A stretch of 64,000 bases of DNA from contig CAZOAR010000006.1 in assembly GCA_964577985.1 (NCBI GenBank), forward strand, positions 10,459-74,458, given 5' to 3'. Positions 28,030 through 38,806 of the stretch are shown in pieces; positions within the stretch are counted from its first letter, which is position 1, and each line of letters starts with the position of its first letter. This stretch comes from an uncultured Gemmatimonadota bacterium. GTDB taxonomy: Bacteria; Gemmatimonadota; CAZMKB01; CAZNLH01. Below the pieces are notes generated by a model. The model searched no databases. It was not told the DNA's origin and worked only from the letters and a program-made list of their open reading frames with translations. Made by a program: the position numbers and the translations under genes.

Positions 28030-28366
28030 AATCAAACACACCGGCAAAATCCTCCCTCGAATCCTTTTCCGTCTTGGTAAGGATACCGTAGTCGAGGAGA
28101 TTGAAGATCAGTTCCCCGAAATCCGATGTGGAGCGAATTCCCCAGTGTTCGAGAACCGTCAGTGCGAGAGGTCCGAATTCTTCCAGCGCGAGCTTCCGGC
28201 ACTCTTCGCTGAGTTCTTTCCCCGTTACGTGACGTGGCTCGGGCAGGGCGTCTATCGTCCTGTTCAGGGCCGAAAGGACAAAAAGATAGGCCTTTTCCGG
28301 ATAACGCAGATCTTTCGCCGTAATCGCCTCCAGGACCCTGCACAGGGAAGTCTGCTCTTTCATTTC
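27962..28366 (-). CDS. Conserved hypothetical protein
   Basis: 134-aa acidic protein (YLFVLSALNRTID ... ELIFNLLDYGILTKTE) starting at MKEQ just after the lon stop. 3' end overlaps the dnaE2 3' end (convergent). Confidence 0.3.
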   Translation of the reverse strand, partial: EMKEQTSLCRVLEAITAKDLRYPEKAYLFVLSALNRTIDALPEPRHVTGKELSEECRKLALEEFGPLALTVLEHWGIRSTSDFGELIFNLLDYGILTKTEKDSREDFAGVFDFSEAFEVAHPGEESPREKEEEN

Positions 28367-30747
28367 CGCGTCGATCCTCTTTTCTCCGCGCGCATTCGCG
28401 CCCGCGCTTCCTTTCCGGGCCCTTTCAGCGCGCATTCCAATACTTCTGAGACATGGTTCACCATCACAAACTCTATTCTGTCGGTCACACCGGCCGGGAT
28501 ATCAATCAGGTCGTTCCTGTTCTCCTCCGGAATAATAATGACCCTGATACCTGCTTCTCTCGCCGCCAGCACTTTCTCTCTGACGCCTCCCACGGGAAGG
28601 ACCTTCCCCCGCAAAGTAATTTCACCAGTCATCGCCACGTCACGGCGAACCGCCCTTCCACTGAGAAGTGACGCGATTGCGGTAACGATGGCCACGCCGG
28701 CGGAGGGTCCATCTTTCGGTGTAGCCCCGGCCGGGATATGGAGGTGAAGATCATAGTTGCTGAAACCTGCCTCGGGAATCCCGTAGTCTCCGGGACTGGA
28801 CCTCAGGAAACTCAGAGCTGCCTGGGCAGACTCCTTCATCACTTCGCCCAGATGACCGGTCAACTGAAGCGTCTTGCCGGGTCCTTTCATCCGGGTCACC
28901 TCTATGAACATGATCTTGCCGCCAACCGATGTCCACGCGAGTGCCGTGGTCACCCCCACCTCATCCTTCCGTTTGGCAATCTCCGAAGTGAATTTCTCGG
29001 GGCCGAGATAGCCAACGAGATTATCTACCGTTACCTTTTTCTTCTTACTGTTCCCCGAAACAACGGATACCGCGACTTTCCTCAGTATCTTGCCAAGTTC
29101 TCTTTCAAGATTCCTGACGCCTGCTTCCCTGGTATACTGCCGAATAATCTTCCTGATAACACCATCGGTAATCTGGACATCAGACTTCTTAAGACCTGAT
29201 TCGCTCAGCCTTCTGGGGAGCAGATATTTCCGTGCGATGGAGTATTTGTCTTCCAGCGTGTAACCGGGGATCTCGATGATCTCCATCCTGTCCTGAAGAG
29301 GTGCGGGGATTGGGTGAATCAGATTGGCAGTTGTGATGAAGATGACCTTGGATAAATCAAACTGAACCTCGAGATAGTTGTCGGAGAAGGAATGATTCTG
29401 TTCCGGATCAAGGGCCTCGAGCAACGCGGATGAAGGGTCTCCACGAAAGTCCGATCCCAGCTTGTCTATTTCATCCAGCATGAAGACAGGGTCCCTCGCC
29501 TTGACCTTCATCACGCTCTGAATGATGCGCCCCGGCAACGACCCGACGTATGTTCGCCTGTGCCCCCTTATCTCCGCCTCATCCCGGATACCCCCGAGAG
29601 AGATACGGCAGAACCCCCTGCCAAGAGCTTCGGCGATGGAGCGTCCCAGCGACGTCTTGCCGACACCGGGTGGGCCCGCAAAACAGAGCACAGGTCCTTT
29701 CACATCGGATTTCAGTTTTCGAACCGCCAGGTATTCAACGATCCTCTCTTTTACTTCATCAAGATCATGGTGGTCACGCTCAAGTATTTCTCTCGCCCTG
29801 TCAATATCTATCTCGAGACCGGCCTCAACCTGCCACGGCAGAGACACAAGCCAGTCGAGGTAAGTCCTGGAAACGTGGTACTCTGAAGAGGATACGGACA
29901 TCCTTCCCAACCGCACCAGTTCTCGCTCAGCAACCTCTCTTGCCTCGGAAGGCATCCCGGACATCGCAATTGAGGCCTCTATTCCCTCTATCTCTTTCGC
30001 CCGTTCATCACCCTCACCCAGTTCATCCCGGATTACCTTGAGCTGCTCCCGTAGAAAATACTCCTTCTGGTCCCTGGTCAACTCTCCCTTCGCCTTGTTC
30101 CTGATTCGGTCCCCGAGCTCGAGTACCTTCAGTTCTCTCATGAGAATCTTGTTCAGGAAATCGAGTCTTGTGCGTATGTCGAGTGTCTCCAGAATCTGCT
30201 GCCTTTCTTCGACGCTGATCTCTACATTTGAGGCAATAAAGTCGGCCAGCTTGCTGCTGTCGGATATCCTGGTCGTCAACTCTTCGAGGTCTTCCGTCAG
30301 GTCAGGAGAGAGTTGAACGATCTTCTGGAAAAACTCCGAGGCGCTCCTTTTCAGGGCCTCAATCTCTACTTTTCCCCTCTCCCTGGATACAACAGGCTTT
30401 ACCCTGGCCTCCCCTCTATCATCGTCCACCCCCATTATCTCCACCCGGGAAACTCCCTGGATCATAAGGCGGACCGAGCCACTCGTCATCTTGAGCATTC
30501 GAATGACAGATCCGACGGTGCCGACCCCGTAATAACCGGAACCGTCTTCTCTGACCGTGAGCAGTGCCAGCAGTTTATGCGTGGAGAGGGAATCGTTAAT
30601 TCTCTTGATAAGGGTTTCCGAGGTTATGGCCAGTGGAATAACCACGTAGGGGAAGACTACAACGTCATTCATGGGCAGGATGGGCAGAGTGGGAGGGATT
30701 TCGATTTCCTCAATCGCCCGTTTTTCGTCTTGAATATTTTCGAGCAC
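28360..30747 (-). CDS. lon: ATP-dependent Lon protease
   Basis: LON N-domain (EIPPTLPILPMNDVVVFP), Walker A GPPGVGKTSLGRS, protease Ser/Lys region DGPSAGVAIVTAIASLLSG. Probable GTG start at 30747 after GGAGGA; the ORF track extends to 30906 into hsp20. Confidence 0.9.
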   Translation of the reverse strand: MLENIQDEKRAIEEIEIPPTLPILPMNDVVVFPYVVIPLAITSETLIKRINDSLSTHKLLALLTVREDGSGYYGVGTVGSVIRMLKMTSGSVRLMIQGVSRVEIMGVDDDRGEARVKPVVSRERGKVEIEALKRSASEFFQKIVQLSPDLTEDLEELTTRISDSSKLADFIASNVEISVEERQQILETLDIRTRLDFLNKILMRELKVLELGDRIRNKAKGELTRDQKEYFLREQLKVIRDELGEGDERAKEIEGIEASIAMSGMPSEAREVAERELVRLGRMSVSSSEYHVSRTYLDWLVSLPWQVEAGLEIDIDRAREILERDHHDLDEVKERIVEYLAVRKLKSDVKGPVLCFAGPPGVGKTSLGRSIAEALGRGFCRISLGGIRDEAEIRGHRRTYVGSLPGRIIQSVMKVKARDPVFMLDEIDKLGSDFRGDPSSALLEALDPEQNHSFSDNYLEVQFDLSKVIFITTANLIHPIPAPLQDRMEIIEIPGYTLEDKYSIARKYLLPRRLSESGLKKSDVQITDGVIRKIIRQYTREAGVRNLERELGKILRKVAVSVVSGNSKKKKVTVDNLVGYLGPEKFTSEIAKRKDEVGVTTALAWTSVGGKIMFIEVTRMKGPGKTLQLTGHLGEVMKESAQAALSFLRSSPGDYGIPEAGFSNYDLHLHIPAGATPKDGPSAGVAIVTAIASLLSGRAVRRDVAMTGEITLRGKVLPVGGVREKVLAAREAGIRVIIIPEENRNDLIDIPAGVTDRIEFVMVNHVSEVLECALKGPGKEARARMRAEKRGSTRK

Positions 30748-30770
30748 ATGTCCTCCCTGTTCTATGAGAA

Positions 30771-31220
30771 CTATATGCCGTCTATTCGAATTGGGAAGGC
30801 ACCTGGTATCTGATCGTGCACTTTTCTCAACTCCACCTTCAGAATCCCTTCTCCATAGCAGGCCTTGATCGTTCTCGGGTCGACCGGTGTCCGGAATGCT
30901 ACGCACCTCTCGAACGGACCCGCGTCAATCTCCATCCTGTGATAATCCACTTCGTCTCTCGGGGCGAGACTGATTCTCTTCCCATATATGGTGATACGAT
31001 CGTCCTCGAAATCCGCCCGGATGTTCTCCAGCTTGACTCCACCCAGTTCAACCATGAGGTGATACTGATCGGCAGTTTCGTATAGATCAATTTTCGGACG
31101 CCAGTTCTGGTGAGTAACGAACGCTACAGGTGCCTTGCCGCTCAGGAATTCGCTGAAGTAGATTTCAAAATCATCTACAAGTTCATCGATCCCATCGTAA
31201 ACGGTTTTTTCGTTTTCCAT
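30771..31220 (-). CDS. Hsp20/alpha-crystallin family small heat-shock protein
   Basis: Alpha-crystallin domain (PKIDLYETADQYHLMVELGGV ... GEGILKVELRK). Start taken at MENEK. Confidence 0.8.
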   Translation of the reverse strand: MENEKTVYDGIDELVDDFEIYFSEFLSGKAPVAFVTHQNWRPKIDLYETADQYHLMVELGGVKLENIRADFEDDRITIYGKRISLAPRDEVDYHRMEIDAGPFERCVAFRTPVDPRTIKACYGEGILKVELRKVHDQIPGAFPIRIDGI

Positions 31221-31315
31221 AGATTGTACTCCATTTCGACTTTCCCGGGGAGGCCTGTTTGACGCGGTCAACCGACAAGCGGTCGAAACTAGCTTAACAC
31301 CTTAATCATGAAAAG

Positions 31316-31954
31316 TCAAGAAAAGAGATATGCAATACCGCTTGACACGCTTATTTCGCCTCTGTCTCTCATCGCTTCCCCGAGCTCACTCACCGTACCC
31401 TGCAGAATATCCGTCGGCAGAAGCACCTTCAGTTCGACGTCATCACCGTAAGTCTCTTCCTCGATTACACAGCGGCGCCTTCTTACGACTCTGTTGACGA
31501 TACCTGTAAGGTCTATGGCAAATCGAAGCACCACACGCCTGGCCTCCACGACCTCGGCCCGCTGCGAATCGTCCAGCGCCTTCCGCGCCGCGTCCCTGAA
31601 ACTCTGCCTCAGCCTGCCGGTGCCCAGCTTCCTCCCTCCGAAGTAACGAGTAACCACGAGCAGCACATCTATGAGACAGCCGCCCTGCAGTACTTCGAGG
31701 ATAGGGCGTCCCGCGGTGCCCGATGGTTCTCCGTCGTCGGTGCTGTACTCTGTGATTGTGCCGGCATCCTGAATCCTGTAGGCATACGGTTGATGGCTTG
31801 CATCCGGATACTGCCTGCGGATCGAGCTTATCCTCCTCGTCACACCCTCACCACCGCTCACGGACTGCAGCTCTCCAAGAAAAACGGATCTTTCGATCCG
31901 TACTTTCGATGAACCACTTCTCTTGACACCGTAGAACCGAGCCACAATCCTCAT
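31316..31954 (-). CDS. IMPACT/YigZ family protein (UPF0029)
   Basis: Conserved TDDGEPSGTAGRPIL and VVTRYFGGRKLGTG motifs. Confidence 0.6.
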   Translation of the reverse strand: MRIVARFYGVKRSGSSKVRIERSVFLGELQSVSGGEGVTRRISSIRRQYPDASHQPYAYRIQDAGTITEYSTDDGEPSGTAGRPILEVLQGGCLIDVLLVVTRYFGGRKLGTGRLRQSFRDAARKALDDSQRAEVVEARRVVLRFAIDLTGIVNRVVRRRRCVIEEETYGDDVELKVLLPTDILQGTVSELGEAMRDRGEISVSSGIAYLFS

Positions 31955-32151
31955 TCCTCCAGGAGTCGTCGCGCGGGAACTTCTTCACCTCCCTGCAGGT
32001 TATCGCGCAATGGAGCCGAAGGTCCGTACAACACATGTCGATGCTGATAACGGGACGCCTGTCCATGGTATGAACCCGGCGTTCTGCCGGCAGGCGGCAA
32101 CTGCGGGGGCAGGCAATCAGTTTGCATGGCGGAGAAGGGACGCTGAAATGA

Positions 32152-32610
32152 TCAGTCGGCAAAGTTCCTTTCTTCAACCTTCATTATCTTGTCTGTGCGC
32201 CTGGCGTGTCTTCCCCCGCTGAACGGAGTCATCATCCATTCGCTGAGAATCTCATGCGCCAGGTCCCGCGCTACCATCCTCTCACCGAGTACAAGGATGT
32301 TGGCGTCGTTATGCTCTCGAGATAGACGTGCCGCCTCCACGGTATCGCAGAGCGCCGCACGGACGCCACGGAACTTATTGGCGACGATTGACATTCCGAT
32401 GCCACTGCCGCAGATCAATATTCCCCTCTCGAATTCCCCTCTCGATACTCTCTCAGCCACAAGTTCACCATAGTCCGGATAGTCTACTGACTCCGGGGCA
32501 TTTGTGCCCAGATCAAGCACCTCATAACCCATCTCTTTCAGAAAACCCGTTATCGAGGCCTTCAGTTTGACACCCGCGTGGTCGGACGCCACGGGAATAA
32601 CTTCTTTCAT
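32152..32610 (-). CDS. rpiB: Ribose-5-phosphate isomerase B
   Basis: RpiB/LacAB fold motifs (IPVASDHAG, LICGSGIGMSIVANK). Confidence 0.8.
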   Translation of the reverse strand: MKEVIPVASDHAGVKLKASITGFLKEMGYEVLDLGTNAPESVDYPDYGELVAERVSRGEFERGILICGSGIGMSIVANKFRGVRAALCDTVEAARLSREHNDANILVLGERMVARDLAHEILSEWMMTPFSGGRHARRTDKIMKVEERNFAD

Positions 32611-32611
32611 G

Positions 32612-33712
32612 TCACCTTCCCTGATATCCGCTTGCCGGCTCGGACGAGGGTATATACCCCCGCTTCACCGATCTGATCCTCTCGATGCGCCTCTGCGCCA
32701 GTCGATCCGCCGCCATGAACGTTGGAATGCGTTCGTCTCGAGACATCGCGAATATCTCTCGAAGCGTGTGATATATAGCCTCCGTTCGCGCCATGGCCCT
32801 CTCCCTCACATACCCTTCCAGTTCGCCATATACGTTTATAAGCCCTCCCGCGTTGACGACGTAGTCGGGAGCATACAGTATGTCGCTCTTCTCCAGTTCG
32901 AATCCGTGTCTGTCCTCTGCAAGCTGGTTATTGGCGCAGCCCGCCACAATCTTCACACGCAGGGAGGGGATCGTCCGATCATTCAATACAGCGCCGAGCG
33001 CACAGGGAGCAAACACCTCCGCTTCCACACCATAGATCTCCTCCGGTTCGACGGAGATCGCACCGAATTCCTCAATCAGACGTCTCTGCCTTTCCTTGTT
33101 GATATCCGTGACTATGAGTTTCGCGCCTTCGTCGTGGAGATTGCCGGCCAGATAATAGCCCACTTGTCCAGTTCCCTGTATAGCTACACGCATCCCATCC
33201 AGAGAGTCAACGCCAAACTTCTCCATCACACACGCCTTTATCCCCTGGAATACACCATGGGCGGTAACCGGAGAAGGATCGCCGCTGCCGCCACGGGTCG
33301 CGTCGATTCCAGCCACATATTGCGTCTCTGTACTGACAAACTCCAGATCATCCATCCCGATACCCACGTCCTCGGCGGTTATGTATCGTCCTCCCAGGGA
33401 TTCAATGAATCTCCCGTGCGCGCGGAGAAGTGCCTCTGTCTTGTCCTTTCGGGGATCGCCCATTATGACGGACTTGCCGCCGCCCAGGTTGAGCCCCGCG
33501 ACCGCGGCCTTGTAAGTCATTGCTCTCGACAAGCGCAGGACATCCGTAACAGCTTCCTCCTGTGACCTGTAATTCCACATTCTCGTTCCGCCAAGCGCGG
33601 GTCCCAGCGTTGTGTCGTGAATCGCAATTATCGCCTTCAGGGCCGCGTCTTCGTCGTGACAGAATACGACCTGTTCATGCCCGTAGGTCGATATATCTGC
33701 AAATAAATCCAT
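32612..33712 (-). CDS. Leucine (branched-chain amino acid) dehydrogenase
   Basis: Glu/Leu/Phe/Val dehydrogenase signature (AIHDTTLGPALGGTRMW ... GLNLGGGKSVI) and a Rossmann fold. Confidence 0.8.
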   Translation of the reverse strand: MDLFADISTYGHEQVVFCHDEDAALKAIIAIHDTTLGPALGGTRMWNYRSQEEAVTDVLRLSRAMTYKAAVAGLNLGGGKSVIMGDPRKDKTEALLRAHGRFIESLGGRYITAEDVGIGMDDLEFVSTETQYVAGIDATRGGSGDPSPVTAHGVFQGIKACVMEKFGVDSLDGMRVAIQGTGQVGYYLAGNLHDEGAKLIVTDINKERQRRLIEEFGAISVEPEEIYGVEAEVFAPCALGAVLNDRTIPSLRVKIVAGCANNQLAEDRHGFELEKSDILYAPDYVVNAGGLINVYGELEGYVRERAMARTEAIYHTLREIFAMSRDERIPTFMAADRLAQRRIERIRSVKRGYIPSSEPASGYQGR

Positions 33713-33744
33713 TCACCCTCCACATCATCTGAAGCAGATCAAGC

Positions 33745-34890
33745 TCACTCTTCTCTCAAGAGAGCCCTTGAAATAACCAGTTTCTGGATCTCGGAAGTTC
33801 CTTCGTAGATTTCCGTCACCTTGGCGTCCCGAAAAAACCTTTCGACGGGGTATTCTTTCATTATCCCATAACCTCCGTGTATCTGGACGGCGGCGGATGC
33901 GGCCTTGACGGCCACGCGCGACGCGAACAACTTCGCCATCGAGGATTCATGAGAGACACTGCCGCCCCGATCCCTTTTTCTCGCGACACTGTGGTTGAGG
34001 GCCCGGGCAGCCTCGAGTTCGGTCGCGATTTCTGCGATAGAAAACGCCACACTTTCAAACTCGGCTATGGGGCGTCCGAACTGCTTTCGATTCCTGGCAT
34101 ATGATATTGACAATTCAAGGCAGGCCCTCGCGATACCCACAGCCTGTGTCGCTATGCCGAGCCTCCCACCATCGAGGCCCGCCATTGACTGGACAAAGCC
34201 CTCTCCCTCTCCCCCAAGCCTGTTGAAGACAGGTACTTCACAGTTCTCCAGGAGTATCTCGGACGTGCTCGAGGAGCGAAGACCCATCTTGTGCTCCCTT
34301 TTGCCCACCCTCAATCCAGGTGCGTCTCTTCCTACGATGAACGCGCTTATCCCCCTGGCGCCCCTCCCCTTTTCCGTGCGCGCCATGACCAGAAAATAAT
34401 CGGCGATATCCCCGGTAGTGACAAACATCTTCGTGCCGTTCAGAATATAGATGTCTCCATCCCGCTCGGCAGAACTGGACAATGCGGCCGCGTCACTACC
34501 AGCGTGAGGCTCCGTCAGCGCGAAGGCAGCCAGCTTCCGCCCGCTGGCCATCGGCGTAAGCAATTCTCTCTTCTGATCCTCGCTGCCAAATTTGAGAATC
34601 ATGGAAGTAGGCAGTGAATTCTGAACAGACATCGCAACCGCCGTAGAGGGATCGACCGAGCTTATCTCCTCCAGGGCGATGAGATAGGTAAGTGTGTCAG
34701 CCCCGATGCCCCCATAACACTCCGGAACCATCATGCCCAGAAAACCCAGTCTTCCCAGTTTGAGCAGCGATTCTTTCGAGTCGTGTTCCTCATTGTCCCA
34801 CTTCTCGAGGTTTGGCCGCAGCTCCTTCTCCGCGAAGTCGCGGGCAGTTTTCTGGATCAATAGCTGCTCTTCCGAATATTCGTGAATCAT
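33745..34890 (-). CDS. Acyl-CoA dehydrogenase (short/branched-chain type)
   Basis: ACAD N/M/C domains with C-terminal YEGTSEIQKLVI. Confidence 0.8.
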   Translation of the reverse strand: MIHEYSEEQLLIQKTARDFAEKELRPNLEKWDNEEHDSKESLLKLGRLGFLGMMVPECYGGIGADTLTYLIALEEISSVDPSTAVAMSVQNSLPTSMILKFGSEDQKRELLTPMASGRKLAAFALTEPHAGSDAAALSSSAERDGDIYILNGTKMFVTTGDIADYFLVMARTEKGRGARGISAFIVGRDAPGLRVGKREHKMGLRSSSTSEILLENCEVPVFNRLGGEGEGFVQSMAGLDGGRLGIATQAVGIARACLELSISYARNRKQFGRPIAEFESVAFSIAEIATELEAARALNHSVARKRDRGGSVSHESSMAKLFASRVAVKAASAAVQIHGGYGIMKEYPVERFFRDAKVTEIYEGTSEIQKLVISRALLREE

Positions 34891-34948
34891 GCCACGATTA
34901 CCTCAATGGTACAACGGACTCGCTGAGCATATGTTCCTGCGATGCGGC

Positions 34949-35797
34949 TCAGTACGTGAAAAAACCGGCGCCCGTTTTTCTCCCCAGCCGCCCTGCGGCA
35001 ACCATCTTCTTCAGGAGAGGACAGGGCCTGTACTTCGGGTCCCCGATGTCCCTGTGAAGGACCTCGAGGATGTCAAGGCATACGTCGAGACCGATAAGAT
35101 CTGCGAGTGCAAGAGGACCCATCGGGTGTGCCATCCCCAGCTTCATGACGGTATCAATCGCCTCTTCATCCGCCACACCCTCCATGAGACAGAAAACGGC
35201 TTCGTTGATCATGGGCATAAGCACCCTGTTGGAGACAAAACCGGGCGCGTCCCGGACCAGTACCGGTGTCTTACCGAGATGGCTGGCAAGTGCCATCGCC
35301 TCTTCCACCGTTTGAGGCGACGTCTCCAGACCTTCCACAACCTCCACCAGGCGCATTACCGGGACTGGATTCATGAAATGGAGCCCGATAACCCTGTCCT
35401 GTCTCTTCGTGTTCGCCGCTATTTCGGTGATCGATATCGATGACGTGTTCGAGGCGAGCATGCATCCCTCTCCGCACAACCCGTCGAGTTCCTCGAAAAG
35501 CGCACATTTGGCGTCGCGGTTTTCAACGATCGCCTCAACGACGACGGAGCAGTCTGACACATTCTTCAATTCCGTAGCGGTATGGATATTCTTGAGCGTT
35601 TTCTCCGCATCGCTCTCCGTTATCCGTTCTTTCTTGACCTGCCTGCCGAGGTTCTTTTCGATAGTGGCTACAGCGCGATCCAGCATTGTCTCTTCAAGAT
35701 CAACAAGCGATACGTTTATTCCGTTCATCGCCATGACGTGCGCGATCCCGAGACCCATAGTCCCTGCGCCTACAACCCCTCCTCGTTTCCATTCCAT
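34949..35797 (-). CDS. hbd: 3-hydroxybutyryl-CoA dehydrogenase
   Basis: N-terminal NAD-binding [13 protein letters not shown]; 3HCDH C-domain. Confidence 0.8.
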   Translation of the reverse strand: MEWKRGGVVGAGTMGLGIAHVMAMNGINVSLVDLEETMLDRAVATIEKNLGRQVKKERITESDAEKTLKNIHTATELKNVSDCSVVVEAIVENRDAKCALFEELDGLCGEGCMLASNTSSISITEIAANTKRQDRVIGLHFMNPVPVMRLVEVVEGLETSPQTVEEAMALASHLGKTPVLVRDAPGFVSNRVLMPMINEAVFCLMEGVADEEAIDTVMKLGMAHPMGPLALADLIGLDVCLDILEVLHRDIGDPKYRPCPLLKKMVAAGRLGRKTGAGFFTY

Positions 35798-35816
35798 CTC
35801 TCCCTTCCTCCTTTTC

Positions 35817-37007
35817 CTATGTCATCTCGATACTGAGAGCAACCGCGTTTCCACCTCCGAGACACAATGTAGCCAGCCCACGCTTTCTGCGTGCATCTTT
35901 CAACGCGTAAATAAGCGTGGTCAGGATCCTGGCCCCGCTGCCACCGATGGGGTGTCCGAGAGCTACGGCGCCGCCATGGATGTTCACTCTATCCCAGTCC
36001 CACCCCAGCTCTCGTCCATCAACCAGTGCCTGGACGGCGAATGCTTCGTTGGCCTCTATGAGATCGTAATGGTCGATCTCCACTTTCTCCTGTTTCATCA
36101 GATTTTGAACGGCAAGGACAGGCGCGTAGAACAGCATTTCCGGCTCGGTTCCACCGGTGGAGTATCCCGTGATGCGGGCCAGCGGATCGATCCTGTTCCT
36201 CTCCGCCGCGGCCTCCGACATTACTACGAGAGCCGACGCCCCGTCATTCAAACCGGGCGCATTGCCCGCCGTCACCGTGCCATCCTTCTTGAAGGCGGGA
36301 CGAAGTCCGGACAGGCTTTCCACCGATGTATCCTCACGCGGCGACTCGTCCGTATCGAAGAAGGTCGGGCTGCTCTTCTTTTTCAGGATCTCCACGGGTA
36401 CTATCTCTTCCTTGAATTTTCCTTCCTTTATTGCCTTAACCGCCTTTGCGTGACTCTCATAGGCGAACTTATCCTGATCCTCTCTGGAAACACCGAATTT
36501 CTCCGCAATCAGTTCAGCATGAATCCCCATGTGTACATCAGAGAAGGAACACCAGAGGCCATCCTTGATCATGCCATCGACTATCTTCTGGTTTCCCAGC
36601 TTGTAGCCTCGACGCGCACCCTCGAGAAGGAACGGCGCATTGCTCATACTCTCCATTCCTCCAGCCACCGCGCAGCTTATGTCTCCCGCTTTGATCGCCT
36701 GGGCAGCCAGCATAACCGCCTTCAGGCCGGACCCACACACCTTGTTGATAGTCACTGCCGGCACCGCCGCGGGTATCTCGCCTTTGAGCGCCGCCTGCCT
36801 GGCCGGGGCCTGCCCCACGCCAGCCTGAACGACGTTGCCCATGATGACTTCATCAACCGCCCCTGGATCGATTCCCGCCCTCCTCACCGCCTCCTTGACG
36901 ACTATGCCGCCCATGTCTGTTGCACTCCTTGATGAAGCCGCTCCCAGGAAACGCCCTATGGCGGTCCTGCACGCACTGACAATAACCGGAACTCTATCTC
37001 TGGACAC
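35817..37007 (-). CDS. Acetyl-CoA C-acetyltransferase (thiolase II)
   Basis: Thiolase active-site regions ([40 protein letters not shown]). Confidence 0.85.
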   Translation of the reverse strand: MSRDRVPVIVSACRTAIGRFLGAASSRSATDMGGIVVKEAVRRAGIDPGAVDEVIMGNVVQAGVGQAPARQAALKGEIPAAVPAVTINKVCGSGLKAVMLAAQAIKAGDISCAVAGGMESMSNAPFLLEGARRGYKLGNQKIVDGMIKDGLWCSFSDVHMGIHAELIAEKFGVSREDQDKFAYESHAKAVKAIKEGKFKEEIVPVEILKKKSSPTFFDTDESPREDTSVESLSGLRPAFKKDGTVTAGNAPGLNDGASALVVMSEAAAERNRIDPLARITGYSTGGTEPEMLFYAPVLAVQNLMKQEKVEIDHYDLIEANEAFAVQALVDGRELGWDWDRVNIHGGAVALGHPIGGSGARILTTLIYALKDARRKRGLATLCLGGGNAVALSIEMT

Positions 37008-37082
37008 GAGTTGCTCCTTTCTGAGAGGATAATAATCGGGGATTGAGGGGTGGCATGCTACAGAACATGCTCACCTCTCATC

Positions 37083-37976
37083 TCACTTCCTGTATCTTCC
37101 AATTCCCAGGTAGAATCCTACGTTCGCGTCGGCCGTCACTACCGGCCTTATCTGACCCGACGACGAGGTAAAGACAGTGGTCACACCAGGGCCATGACCC
37201 GAAAGAACACAATCGCTGTGTACAACAACCCCCACCGACATCGCGTCCGTCAGATAAATCCTCCCGAATGTGTGATCCGCGCCCTCGATGGCCACAAGGT
37301 CACCAAGGCGGAGGTCATCGAGACCGCAGGCACCCACCGTCTTCTCATCGAACATCTGTATGTCATAATCGCCACTGTATACGTGCGTGGACCCCAACCC
37401 CGAGCCCATTATGGCCGCCGGCACGACGTGAGTCACGGGGACATTCATCTTTCCATCCTCCATCGCCAGAGGAATCGCCTTGAGCAGGTCAGGGTCCAGA
37501 TTGGTGATGCGTATCCCGGGGTGATCGATAAACCTCAGTCCCAGGCCGAACGCCTTGATGTGAATCTTGTCGCCTATCGCCATCGAGTCCAGGACTTCGT
37601 CCGCAAAATCGACCAGGACGTGCTCGATGCCGCCATGCTTTCCCGTCACCCTGCCCGTTTTTCCCCTGGCGTCTCCAGAGATCACGCGGGCCTCGTTGCC
37701 GATGCAAGCGAGTATGTTGAGACCGTTATTGGACAAGTCGTCAGACCCCATCTCCTTGTCTCTGCTCTTTATGCTCACGCCTGGTTCAACATGATCCGCG
37801 ACCCATCCGGCCGCCTTGTCGCCCACCTTGACGTTATACGTGATCCCGCCAACACCAGGCAGGACCATGGGTTCTCCTTCAGACGATATCTTGTAGGGAT
37901 TCCCCGCGCTCACAGGGTTGGATATCCTGCCGAGTACTGACTGCCTGACAAGATCGCTTTCATTAATATTGAGCAA
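37083..37976 (-). CDS. Conserved hypothetical protein (uncharacterised family, possibly DUF4438-like)
   Basis: 297-aa Gly/Val/Asp-rich soluble protein, co-directional and tightly spaced inside the acyl-CoA catabolic cluster. The overlapping plus-strand ORF 37050..37940 is Arg/His-rich antisense noise. Confidence 0.4.
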   Translation of the reverse strand: MLNINESDLVRQSVLGRISNPVSAGNPYKISSEGEPMVLPGVGGITYNVKVGDKAAGWVADHVEPGVSIKSRDKEMGSDDLSNNGLNILACIGNEARVISGDARGKTGRVTGKHGGIEHVLVDFADEVLDSMAIGDKIHIKAFGLGLRFIDHPGIRITNLDPDLLKAIPLAMEDGKMNVPVTHVVPAAIMGSGLGSTHVYSGDYDIQMFDEKTVGACGLDDLRLGDLVAIEGADHTFGRIYLTDAMSVGVVVHSDCVLSGHGPGVTTVFTSSSGQIRPVVTADANVGFYLGIGRYRK

Positions 37977-37996
37977 CGTTACACCCTCCTGTCTAT

Positions 37997-38794
37997 TCAG
38001 CTGTTACCACGCTTGTCCCACACAGGTCTGGTCTTGTTTCTGAATGCCTCGATACCGATCGACGGTTCATCCGTTTCAAAAGACCTGCTGAAGAGTTCTG
38101 ATTCGATTGTCAGCCCGTTATCCAGAGGCTGGCTCATGGAATGTCTGACAGCCCGTTTGGCGAGGCTCAGCGCATGAGGCGCGTTTGAGGCTATTTGATC
38201 CGCGAATTCTATTCTCCTCTGCTCGAATTCCCTCGATGGAAAGATCCTGCTGACAAGCCCGATGTCCAGAGCGCGCTGCGCGTCGATGATCTCCCCCGAC
38301 AGTATGAGGTCTGCGGCCACTCCATGACCTACTATTCTCGGCAAGCGCTGCGTCGCTCCAAAGCCAGGCATGATTCCGAGAGTAATCTCCGGCTGACCGA
38401 TTTTCATACGTTCCGAAGCTATCCTGATATCACAGGCGAGAGCCAGCTCTGCTCCTCCCCCGAAGCAGAATCCATTGATCGCCGCCACGCTTACCGCGTT
38501 CATCCCGGAGAGGACGTCGCAGAGTTCATGCCCGCGGCGCGACAGCTTGTGCGCGCTGTCGACCGACAGTCCCTCTATGTCGTCCAGGGAAACTCCTGCC
38601 GCGAAGGACCTCCCCTTCCCGGTAATAACAACGACAGATACACCGCCGTCACTCGCGGTCAGGTCTATCGCCTCCCGGAGTTCATCCAGGGTCCTCACCC
38701 TGATTCGGTTCATGTCCCTCTCACGATCGAAGGATAGCGTTCGTACCGAACCGCGATCCTCTACCTTTATGTCTTGATAATCTGGCAGGCCCAA
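37997..38794 (-). CDS. Enoyl-CoA hydratase (crotonase)
   Basis: Crotonase fold with conserved FCFGGGAELALACDIRIAS. Confidence 0.8.
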   Translation of the reverse strand: MGLPDYQDIKVEDRGSVRTLSFDRERDMNRIRVRTLDELREAIDLTASDGGVSVVVITGKGRSFAAGVSLDDIEGLSVDSAHKLSRRGHELCDVLSGMNAVSVAAINGFCFGGGAELALACDIRIASERMKIGQPEITLGIMPGFGATQRLPRIVGHGVAADLILSGEIIDAQRALDIGLVSRIFPSREFEQRRIEFADQIASNAPHALSLAKRAVRHSMSQPLDNGLTIESELFSRSFETDEPSIGIEAFRNKTRPVWDKRGNS

Positions 38795-38806
38795 AGGATA
38801 TTCCCT

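Noticed and set aside
35373-36932. 519-aa plus-strand ORF antisense to the thiolase/hbd genes. Similar long ORFs lie at 32567-33565, 37050-37940, 5552-6316, 1147-1743, 24799-25542, 27893-28747 and 58074-59090.
   Set aside because: Arg/His/Pro-rich, low-complexity translations typical of antisense frames in GC-rich DNA. Each overlaps a gene with strong family motifs on the other strand.
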